A DNA stretch of 64,000 bases from a virus, in the IMG/VR virus record IMGVR_UViG_3300017963_000217, positions 35,387 to 99,386 of that record. One strand, given 5' to 3'. The notes under the pieces are model-generated. The model had not been told where the DNA came from, did not search any database, and worked only from the letters and a program-made list of their open reading frames with translations. Positions 29,384 to 41,300 of the stretch are shown here, one piece after another (positions within the stretch are counted from its first letter, which is position 1; each line of letters starts with the position of its first letter). Position numbers and translations under genes: made by a program.

Positions 29384-32300
29384 TTGCCTGCCCCTACCGA
29401 AACATTTCGCATTGAAATACTGGAAGATATTAAAAAGTCAGCTACTGACCAAGAAACCAAGCAGCTCGCTGCTAATATGGTTAAATTGACCCGCGCTGTT
29501 GAAAGGCTTGAAAAGTCACTGGTTAGAACTGCGCCCACTCATCGTGCTGGAGATCCTTCCTTTGAACAAATAAGACGTGATATAAAAAAGATCGAACTGC
29601 GGGAAGATGCTGTTAAGAAATTAGAAATAGCAGTTAAGCAGTTGGAAAGACGTATGGGTGAACTGCCTAATACTATTAGGACAGTTGTAGGTGGTAGTAG
29701 GGGTGTACTTAGACGAGAAGAAGAGAGGCGCGTTGCTGGAAGGCCTGTGGGAGGACTACCTGAGAACAGAGAATTAGTAAGGCAGTTAAAATCATTAGCG
29801 GATGCTCTTAATAGAGTCGAAAAGTCAGCAACTTTTGCAGGCGGCAGAGAACAAACTAGGAAAGATATAGAAGCTATAGCTAAATCTCTAACGGCTAGAG
29901 ATAAATCTGCCTCAGAATTAAGCAAAGCTATTGATAATTTAAGTAAGAAAATAGAGGTTGTTGCTCCTACTAAGAATGTACCAGCTCCTACTTTAAGGGA
30001 ACTAAGTGATGTAAAGCTATTAGGACGGGATTTAAAAGAAATAGGTGCTGATTTCAAGAATATAAAAAATCAGTTAAAAGATAAAATAGTAGTATCATTT
30101 GATATAGAGACTTCTGAAATTAAGAAAGATCCTCAGGGAAAGAAAATAGTTGATGCTATAACTCAAATAGCGTATCAAAAAGGCACACTAGAACAAATAT
30201 TAAAAGGACAGGCTGAAGTAAAACAAATACTTATTAAGCCCCCTAAGGGAACCAGGACTGAGGAATCTTTCAAAAAATTAATAGGCAAAGCTGCAGAAGT
30301 TAATAAAGCTGAATTAAAAACTTTACTTGCTGAAGGTAAAGAAGCTGATGAAGCTTTGAAAGAATTTGCTAATGCACTTAAAGGCGCTTCAGCTGTTGTT
30401 GGTCAAAATATAGGCGATTTTGATATTGGAATACTTGAAGATCATTTTAAGAAGACAGGAACTAAATTAGACGCTGTAGATAGTGAGTTAGAAGGATTTG
30501 TGGACACACTTAGACTAGCTCGTAAGGCATTTCCACAGAGAGCTATTTTAGGACCACAAGCTCAAATTAAAAAACCTTTTGGATTAGAACAATTTGCTAA
30601 AGACTTTGAACTAGCAGGATCATCAGCTGAAGATTTAGGCGAAGAGATGCACGATGCTAGAGGTGACGTAAAGAAAGTAAGATTGTTGTTACGGGCTTTG
30701 GATGGTTCTACGGAAGAGATGAAAGCTGCTGAAGAATTCTTTTCTGCTAGACTTGATCGTATATCAAAAAGACTAGAGATATTAACTAAAGATTATGAAA
30801 GATTAAGTCAGAAAACACAGCAAGCCATTAGTGACCTAGATAAGTTTAGGTCGCAGTCTTCTGATGCTTCTGATGAACTAAAGAAGGTTAAGAAAGCGGC
30901 TGAGCGTACAGTTTTAGAACTAGCTGATCCAGCTAAAATTAGATCATCTATACAAGCAGCTACATTTAGGCCACAGGTAATACACCCTAGAGCTGGCGGA
31001 GGCCCTACACCAATAATTGGTGGGGAAGGTGTACCAGGCCTTGAAACTATGGCTGCTAAAGTAGGAGATCTAGCAACTTCGTTAGATAAGCTACAGAGTA
31101 ATATTATTTCTTCTCTAGAGAAAGGTATGTCTAGGGGGATGGAGATTATAAGAAATGAAGCTGGAGAGGCATTTAGACTTGCTCCTGGTGGTAGAGAGTT
31201 TGAAATAAAAATAGCCAACGTGAGAGATTTGACACGATCTCTTACTCAGGAGTACGGAGAGTTTGTTAGACCAGGAACTAGTGCTTCGCAATTAGTTGAG
31301 CAATTTATTAGAGCTTTTACTAGGTCGTCATTAAGTACCGCTAGATCTCCAGAATCCATGGCTGAAGAAATTATTAAAGAACTAGCACCAATGACAGAGG
31401 AATCTGTGTCTATAATGGGCAGGGAGATACAAGAACTTTTTGGTAGGATCAGACGAGAAGAGATAGGAGTAGCCGAAGTAGCTGGTAGAGCTGATCTGGG
31501 CGAGATATTTAAAAATATTGTAGTGGAAAATAGAGCTCAGCGAAAATTAAACGAGGATTTTATAAAAAGAATAGCTATACCAGCCGTTCGTATAGGCGCT
31601 GGTGGTCTTGGGCTCGAGACAAAACTTGGTGCAGAGAAAGCTATATCAAACTTTGCGACTATAACTACTGGACTAGAAAAATTTGTGAATGAGCTAAAAT
31701 CTCTTGGTGCTCCGGCTATAGAAATAGAAAAATTTGCTGCAAGGGTTGGTGAATTACCATTAGCATTTAAGCGCGCCGGTAGTTTGGCCAGGCCTGGTGG
31801 ACCTGAGGAATCTAAAGCACAAAAGGTTGCTCAAGACTTAATAAACAGAATGATAGAGCTAGGTGGTAGGCAGTTAGTTGGTAGAGGTTATCAAAGAGCT
31901 ATAGCATTGAGGACATTTGAACGTAGAGCGCCTGTGATAGGAAAAGAGCGAGCTACAGAAGAAGCATCTGCCATCGTCCAGAAATCTGGAGAGAGTGTCG
32001 AAACTTTATCACAACAAGCTAAAGATTTGGGAATTACTGCGCTGGATGTAGCAAAGGCTCTAGATACTATAGAATTTGAAAATATTTTTGATATTATAGA
32101 TAGATTATTTCAGGCTGGCAAAGTTCCTTTTTTACAAAGAAAAGCTGGTGGCCTGGGTAGATTTGACGATCAAACTTTGAGAGATATATCCAGCATAGTC
32201 AATTCTGTTACTGGATTATTACCTCTGATAGAGCCTGGACGCCCTAGACGTAGAGCACAACAGGAATCAGTGGTTAGAGTTTTGACTAAGCCCACTACTA

Positions 32301-35300
32301 GAGCTAGGCCTCAAGAACAAGAAAGAAGGATATTAGAAGTAAATTTACTGTGGCGTGATTTAGCTGATCAGGCAGCTAGACTTGGGGAAAATTTAATTGA
32401 GGGTAGAAAAGATCTAGAAGGCGTTATAGGAGAAACATTGAACCTAAGTGATTCTGCTGGCGCAGCTTTTAAAGAACTTAGTGGTCATTTAGGAGAGCTT
32501 AATAAATCACTTATTAGTGTAAGCACGGGAGCTATTCGTGGATTGGCTCCTTTTGAACAGTTCACACCATTAGAAAGACAGGTATCACAATCGCAAGCTG
32601 GAATAGCTGGTGGAATAGGTAGAGCTGGTTTAAGGACGCCATCATTGTTAAGTGCCAGAGAAGAGGCTCTTATCAGATCTGGAGCAGCTGGAAGTCGTGG
32701 TACTGGTTTAGATGTATTAACCGAAATAAGAGATACAGCGGAGACGTTCGAAGATCAGATAGTTATATCCGGTAGATTGGCTAAATCATTTAATAAGATA
32801 GTAGAGCGATTAATAGCTCCAGCTAAAAGAATAGCAGAAGGTGGAGAGATAACCGAGATACAGCCTGGGATAAAACAGATAACTGGCAGAGGCAAAGGAT
32901 TTTTAAAAGCTACTGAGGATTTTGAGTCTGCTTTAGAAGATGTTACTTCTGAATTTCAAAAGATATTTGGTGTTCCAAAAACTATAGAAAGCAGAGCAGA
33001 TGTAGCAAAAATAGGCGACGAAATAATACGTGTTTTAAGAGAACATAGAGGTAAAGAGGTAGAAGTACAAACTGCCAAATTATCAGAGATTTTCTTGAAC
33101 ACATTTGGTAGAAAAATAGCAACTAGGTTTGGTACAAAGGGTGTTGCTATAACACCAGGAGTAGTACCTACAGCTACGAAAGAGGTGCAAAAGGCCTTAG
33201 AGGAAGTCAGAAAGACTATAGTAGGTGGTGCTAAGGCAAAAGTAGTTCCTGGTGCAGGTCTTGGGTATGCTAAAGTGCCTAGGACTGCTGGTGAACTATT
33301 AGCTGATATAATAGGTGAGGAAGCCCCAAAACTTTCTAAGGCTGGCGAATCCATATTTAGTGACAAAGTACTGGAATTTTTACAGGAAAGTTTGGTAAAG
33401 TCTGGTAATAAATTTGTACAGGAATTATTTACTGACGCTAGTAAAGGATTGGTTACTAAAGAGGAAGCCAAAAAGCAAAAAGCCATATTTGACGCTGCTA
33501 CTAAGTTTATAGAGGAAGCTTTTAGAGTTAAATTACCAACTGGAGCAGCTGGTATAAAAGAAATACAGGACATTTTTACTGGATTATTTCCTAAGGAAAG
33601 TTTATTTGAGTTTCAACCTATAGAAGCTAGGATAAGCGCTCGTGGTGTTGCACGTCGTGGTTTACAGTCAGAGGTGCTGGAAGGTATAATTAACAACTTA
33701 ATAGGAACTACTACTGATATAACAACTTTGATAGATCAAGTAGGCAAAAACGCTCTTACAGAGACCGAAGAAGGTAGGAAGCGTATAAATGAAACATTAC
33801 AAGCTCTTGGATTTGAGGCTTATGAAAATATAGATGAGGTATTGAAGAAATTAAAACTAGAATCTCCTGATTTTGATCCATCTAAAATTCTGGAACTAGC
33901 AAACGTATATACTACTGTTATAGATGAATTTGGAAATAAGTTACAAAGTTTTGTATCACCAAAATTTTTACAAACAGTAGAGATTCCAGCTAAAGCACTG
34001 GGAGATCCCATAAAGGACTTAAAACTGGATTTTCAATCATTTGCTGCTTTTGCGGGAATTTTTGGAGAGAACTCCGAACTATTAAAAGAGCTTGCTAAAT
34101 CTTCAACATTTGCATCTAAAGAAGCTTTTGAATTAATTAAAGCTTTTCAATTATTAGATCCAACCGTGGCTAATTTAAAAGATGCGGTATTAGCCGGATT
34201 ACCTAAATTTTCTTTAGAAGAAATAAGAAAATTTTCTGGTGCAACCGGAACATTAGAAGATTTTAAAGACACCATTTTTGACATAGCTAAATTTCCTACC
34301 GCTTTTAAACTACAAATTCCAAGTATGAAGCCAGGTAAGTTAGGTTTTGAAGAATTTTTTGTACCTGGTCCTGCCGCAAGGGGTACATTCGAAGAACCAC
34401 TCATTGGTGAGCGTTCACCTACTGCATTATCAAGGGCTCTTTCTAACGTAATCAGTGCAGCCAAAGACGTAGAAGAACTGGCAGCAGCTGCAGCACGTGA
34501 AGGGGTGGGCCTTAGCGAAGAGTTTCAAAATAAATTTGCTTCAACCATTCGCGGAGAGCTAACCAAGGAACTAACTGATACTATAAAAAAATTTCAGCAA
34601 TATGAAACCGCTTTGACTCCTGAAAATATTAAAATTATGGAGAGAACGCTTGATAGATATATTAAGGCTTTGTCGGAAACGGAGCCGGTAGCGCCTGTAT
34701 TTGCACGCCCTGGTGGAGAGACGCAAAGAGGGGCTGTAGAAGTATTTAGACAGGAGCTTGTGGGTGATCCTAGACAGTTTAGTCGCGTTCTTAGTAGAAT
34801 ATCAGATATATTAGTAGGTGTAAATCCTGCTTCCATTAAACGTGAATCCGAAGAACTGAGAGCAGCTTTAAAATCATTTGAAGAGAGTGGTGGTGTAATA
34901 CCAGCTGAGTTTAGAACACCAGGCAGATTGGGTATATTAGAGCGCGGCTTTCAAGGTAATTTCCCAGCTATGATAGAAAGTTTTCTTGACCGATTAAAAC
35001 AGGAAGCCGAAGCTAAACCACTTTTTGATATCCAACTAGAAGCTGGTAACTTAGAGGAATTTGCGGATAGTGTGGGAATTAGTCTACAAAGATCTGTAGA
35101 AGAAGCTTTAGAACTCAGAAGACAATCATTAACGAGAGCTAGGGCCTCATATGAAAAAGCTCTTGGTGAAGAAGTTATAGGCAGAAAGAAAGGCATAGAA
35201 CAAGCATTTCTACGCAGAGAAGTTCCAGCTATAAACTTAAAAGCCATTAATGCCGCGGCTGATAAAACTGAGGATTTAAATAAATTAATAGATACACTAT

Positions 35301-38300
35301 CTGGTAAAGATACTAATATACAGATAGACATACCTAATGCGAACAGTATTATTAGTAAACTTAAAGAAATACGCGATGAGCATGAAAAGTTTGTTAAGAA
35401 AGCTAAAGAAATTGGTTTGCCAGTTCTCAAAGAGGGTGAAATAGCTATACCAGAAGCTGCTGCGGCTAAAATAAAGGTGCGGACTGGTGAAGCTGGTGAA
35501 ATAAAGACTACACTTAAAGATCTAATAGAGCAACAAAAACGTGTATTCGTTGAATCTGCTAGATTTCCATTTACTGGCACATTGAGTGTGCAGCCACATG
35601 TTGCTAGATTAATGGGCGAAGCTTTTGGCAAGGAAGTTGGTAGATTAGGTACCAATGTAGCTGCTGTGCCAGGCGCTCCAAGGCTAGATATAGAATCCTT
35701 AACTGGAATTTTAGATGAATTAAGTCAATTTGTTGGTATAAAGCCAGGATTTGGTGTAGACGAATCAGGTGAAAAGCGAGCCTACAGTTTACTAGAACAA
35801 AGAGAGATGGCGTGGTCTGAAGGCACGGCCGCTGGTGCAGAGCGTGCTATGGAGCTAACCAAAACCATAGAATCTTTGATATCAGTTATAAATTCTGCAA
35901 CACCTAAGTTTACAAATCTTGAACAAAAACTGGATTTTGACGGTGACGCTTTAGTTATACATACTGGACAGGTAGAAAAATCAAGACAAGATATAAAGAA
36001 ACATTTTGAATCATTTGGTAAAGATGTAACCTCAGTAAGAAATCTGTTTAGAACTATATTTACAGCCATAGATGAGAGAGATATTAATACCCTTGTGGAG
36101 ATGGGGCAGGCGTTTAGTGAAAAATTTCCTAAAGAAAAAGGATTCGAATTTTTAACACAACCTCAGATTAGGGAGAATATAGAAAATCTTAACTTAAATG
36201 AGGTTGCTGAAGCTCTATTTTCTGGTACAAAGGGATTTGAATCTTTAGAAAAAGGAACAGATGAATATATTAAAGCATTGAATGATTTTACAAAATCTTT
36301 ATTAGAGAAAGAAATATTACCAGAAGTATTTACTAAATTAGGGGTTGTAGAAACAGAAAGAGCAGGCGTAGCAGAACGCATAGGAGGTACAGTCACTGGA
36401 TTATCGGGATTAGGAGCTACTGAATTAGACAGGAGTATATCTAAATTAACTCAGGAAATACTTAGACAACAATTATTTGAAAAAAGATACACAGATGCAA
36501 TAACTGGTCAGTTATTTAAATTACAAACCGGGCCTATTGTTGAAGGTATAAGTCGTTTAGCTAGAATTTCTGAATTAGAAACAGGATTTGGCCGTGGAAT
36601 GGCTGGCACAGGTGGTGGAGGGTTGTTACCACCATCAGCTGCGTTTTTAAAAAGATTTCCAAAGGAAAGCATAGCTTTAGGTGCTATTCCTGAGAAAGGT
36701 GAGTTCGCAGACACGGCTGCTGCTTTTGGTACTCGTATAAATGAGATTTTAAGATTCGTTATTCAGCAAGGATTTGATGTAAAACATCCTGGAGTACAAT
36801 CTGCTGCAAATAAAATAATAGAAAATATTGGTAAAAAAGGTGGAATTGAATCTATTATAGAAGTATTGAATGCTGAGGAGGGCCCTCTTAAGAAATTACA
36901 GAAATTTAATGAGCAAATAGAAAATGAAGTTAGACTTAGATTAGGCAAGCATCCCACTGAAGCACTAAGAGAAGAATTAAAAAGATTTGAGCCTGAACTT
37001 ACAGAAGCGGTAGTTGGTAATTTATCTAGAGAAGAAATTATAAAGCGTGTGATTAAACACGTAGATTTGGCTGCTACTTTTGAGGAATTGGGGAGACAAA
37101 TACAAAGACAGGCTGTCAAGGCTTTAACTATAAAACTTACTGAAGAGGTAGAAGCTCTTCCACCAGGCGCTAAAAAAGCTAGGAAATTGGCTGATATAAG
37201 AGCTGCTGGAGGCGTAGAGAAATTTGCAGCTGAGCAAGTAGCTAGGGAAGCCGCGTCTGAGACAGGTATTAGTTTATTTTCTACTATTACTAGTACATTA
37301 CAACCTATATATAGACTAAGAACTAGTATGGAAAATATAGAAACAGCTGCTAGACGTTCTAGACTTCCATTTCAAGCTCAAGAAGTATCTGTGCCTACAG
37401 GAGAAGCCGGCGAGAAGATAAAAAGAGATCTTCAAACAGCGCAAAAAGCTGCTAATGTTTTAAATAGATCGTTGATTCAAGCAGCGCAAGAACCTACTGG
37501 TGGAGTGCAAAAATTACTAGTGGTTTCTGCTTTGAAAGAACGTTTTAAAGAGTTGGAAGAGTTGGAGAAATTAGGGCGTGAAGCCAAAGCCAGTGTTGGA
37601 TCATTTGAATCTACTTTTGGCGACGTAGTAAAAACTAATGAGATAGCTGTAAAAGTATGGCAAGATGCTCTGAGACAAGTTGGAGCTGGTAGATTAGGTC
37701 CTATTGGTCCTAAAGAAATAGAAGAATCTTTTAATCAGATTAGTATGGCTATAGAAATAGCTAAAGATAAGATGAAAGAGATATCTCAAATTGCAGGTCT
37801 TCCACAGATAAGTCCTGAAGAAAGAGCTTTGACTGGTCTAGAAATCAGAGAATCTAAAAGTAAAGAGATATTCGAGCAATCCAGACAATTAGTAGAAGCA
37901 TTATCTGCTCAAGGAGAACCACTACCTGTTCCTGGTGATTTGGAAGCTAGTGCTCAATTACTACATGACAGACGACTAGAGCTATTAGAGTTTATAGCCA
38001 CGATGTCAGAACAGTTTAGACGTGTGTCAGAAGTTATAAAAACTATACCGGCTCAGAAAGAGTCCTTAAAATTAGTATTCCCTGAATTCGGCGATATAGA
38101 AAGAAAGATTGCTGATACTGGCGACGTTGATAAAGCTCAGTCCGAATTTGTTGAAGAACAGAAGAGCAATATGCAAGTTATTCAAGAATGGTTTAACATG
38201 CAGACTCAAAAAGCTTCTGATCTGAAAGACGCGGTAAAAACAACTCAAATCCCTGAAGAATCTGTTACTACCAGACAACTTGAACAAACTACATCTGAAA

Positions 38301-41300
38301 TATCTGACGCGATTGATAATCATATAAATCAGGCCATTTTAAATAGAAAAAGAGCCGCACTAAAACAACTAGAAAAACTTGCTGCTGGACCAGAGGCAAC
38401 CATAACAGCACCTTTACATGAGATATTTAGAGCTAGTGCTATAAAAGCTGGTGGAAAGTATGGTGGTGGTACCCAGGAAGAGTCTATTTTAAGTAGTATG
38501 TTAGGTTTGGAAGATCCTAATGCCATTTTGGAGGTAACAGGTCTAAGAGGAACATCAATACATAGACAGATACAAAAGGAATTGTTACAGCAATTTCCTA
38601 AAGCCGAAATAGAAAAACCCATAGAAGATTTGGAAAATAGACTGGTTGGGCATCTGGATGTTTTATATGAAAAAGCTGGTAAAAAAGTAGTTGCTGATAT
38701 AAAAACTATTTATAGCCCGAAGCAATTTGATTTCCTCAAACAAATATCTGACGAGATTCAGCATAGAGGAATTACTATACAAGAAAAACTGGATGAGTTA
38801 AAATCCAAAGAAATTACCAGTTATGTAGAGCAGAATGTAATACGCAGGCTGGAAGATTATCTAAGCCAGGTTAATGTATATTTAAAGAATGTGGAGAATT
38901 CTGTTGGAGAAATTATAGTTGTAAGTACTCACGATCCTTTCGATAGATTCACATTACCTATAGGCGAATTTGATCCAGAAAGATTTGATAAAGATCTTGA
39001 AGCTATAGAGAGTGCTAGACTTAAAGTGTTAAAGATATTAACTTCGGTAGAGCTAGGGGTAGGTTTACCAAAAGAAACATTATCTGAATTTCCTAAGATA
39101 TATCAAGAACTGGCAGATAGATTAGCAAAAACTGGACCAAAAGGATTCTTAGAAACTTTACCAACAGTTCCTTTGGGAGAAGTACAGAGATCATCGGAAG
39201 AAATATTAAATAGTCTCGATGAAACACAGGAAAAATTATTTGACCAATTAAGCAAAGAGTATTTAGAATTGTTTGAAGCCCTAGGTGGACCTGGTAGAGC
39301 TGAAAAAACGTTTGGAAAATTATTTTCTGCTGGTGGGGCCGCTTTTGGTGCTGCTGGTGGGGCAGGAGGAGCCACACCACCACCTCCACCACCAGGAGGT
39401 TTTGGTGGGGGGTTTGATGATGATGAGGAATTTAAAAAGAGAATAGAAGCTATACTGGCCAAAATGAGGGAAGGCGTAGAACCTGATGTACCAGAGATAG
39501 TAGATTTAATAAAGGCGTTGGAAGATGAAATTCCTATCAGGATACTAGCTGCTCAGAATAGACGCGATGCTGCTATGGCTAAGGCATTAGAGGAATTGTC
39601 TAAGGCTATATTACAGGCTATAGAAGAATCCGGGTCTACTGTAAAATCGTTTAAGAAAATAGTAAGATTATTTGATCAAATAGATCAAGTTAAAAAACAA
39701 CAACCGTCGCCGCAAGACATAAATAGACTTAGAACCCCAGAAATAGTACGCCAGAGGCCTGATGATCCGCAAAATCTATTCACAAATTTAAAAGCTCTAT
39801 TTGAAACCGCTATAAGAGTCAATAAGTTAGCAGATCCAAGTGAAATAGAAAAATTTGGTCCTGAAATAGCCGAATTAATTGGTCAGGCTGCGGAGAGGGG
39901 TCCTGTTAAAGAAATAACAGATCAAATAGCCGATGCCGTTAATAAGAAAAAAGGCGGTATGGCTATAATATGGCAGTATTATAAAAAAGCTGTAGGTGAT
40001 TACTTTGTAAATAGACTTAACGCTTTATCTGAAGAAATAAATGCAGAATCTGGTACTCCGAGGGGTAGAGCTGCTTTTGCAGAGTTTGAACAAGTATTAG
40101 AAAAATATCTCGCTAATATAAGAGGAACTCTTGGTAGAGCGAGTGATATTTACACACAGCGAGGTCCTACAGGTAGGAAAGATATTTTTGTTGAACCAGA
40201 GCTGGCCAGATTAACCGGTATATACAAGACTCCAGCACAATTAAGAGAACAAGCTAGAACACAATACGGACTACAACCTCAATTTGCTCCTGCATTTGAC
40301 GTGTTAACCAGTGATTTAGCTGATTTGGAAAATATTAGAACGCCTCTCGAAAAGATACAGAGCGTTTTTGATATGTTGACTAAGCTAGATCCAGCTATGA
40401 AAGAAATTTTAGAAGACGCTGATTTATTTAGGCGCATAGGTGACCAAGCCGTTGAAGCGTGGGATTTTGAAACATTACAAAGAGGAGTAACTCAGTTAAG
40501 AGAAGCTCTACAAAGTTATGAAAGATTACAGATAGGCGGCTTTGGCGGCATGGGTGAAGATTTTACAGCAACAGCCAAGGCTAATGTATCTGAAACTATT
40601 AAACTGTTAAAAAGAATGGAAAGAATGTTGGTTACTGGAGGAGCCCAATCATCCCCATTAGGACTTGTAGGGGTACCGACAGAATTAGATCCGCAGACAC
40701 AAGCGCTTCTACATAGAAGAAACATAGCTCAGCTACAGAAATACTTTGAGACTCCTGAAGCTGAAGGCGGACCCGAGAAAGGTGCGGCATTTACTTATAA
40801 ACAACGCATAATTGATCCAGCTAGTAAACAAGTTCTATCTAATATGACGGAAGAATTTAAAAAGATAGGGGAAGCTAGTAATAGAGCTGGTGAACAGGTA
40901 AGTTTGTTTACTCAAAGAACTGAAGATCTCATAGCCTCTTTCCAAGAAAGAAAAGGATTAGGACAAGCATTTGGGCGCGTCCTTAGATGGGGTATTGCTA
41001 GTAGATCTGTTTATGGATTAGTCAGAGCACTACAAAGTATGGTTGATACCATAGTGGATGTTGAATCTGGTATAGCTGTGCTTAGACAGGTTATGAATCC
41101 TCTTACTACAGATTTCCAACAAATTACTGCATCAGCTGTTAGTTTCGCAAAAGAATTTGGTTTACCTATTAGGCAGGTTATAGATTCAATGAGAGTGTTT
41201 GCTCAGCAAGGTTTAGCTCAAGCTGAAGTTGTGGATAGAGCACGTACTTCTGCTTTAGCTGCTAATGTTACAACTCTTAGTGCAGTTGACGCTACGGAAG

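Noticed and set aside
32520-36800. Captured host rpoB/rpoC or host contamination
   Set aside because: The sequence is far too divergent and compact, and it is in frame within a phage tape-measure ORF.
38420-39020. Cas4 / CRISPR system
   Set aside because: No Fe-S cysteines, no other cas genes and no repeat-spacer array were seen.
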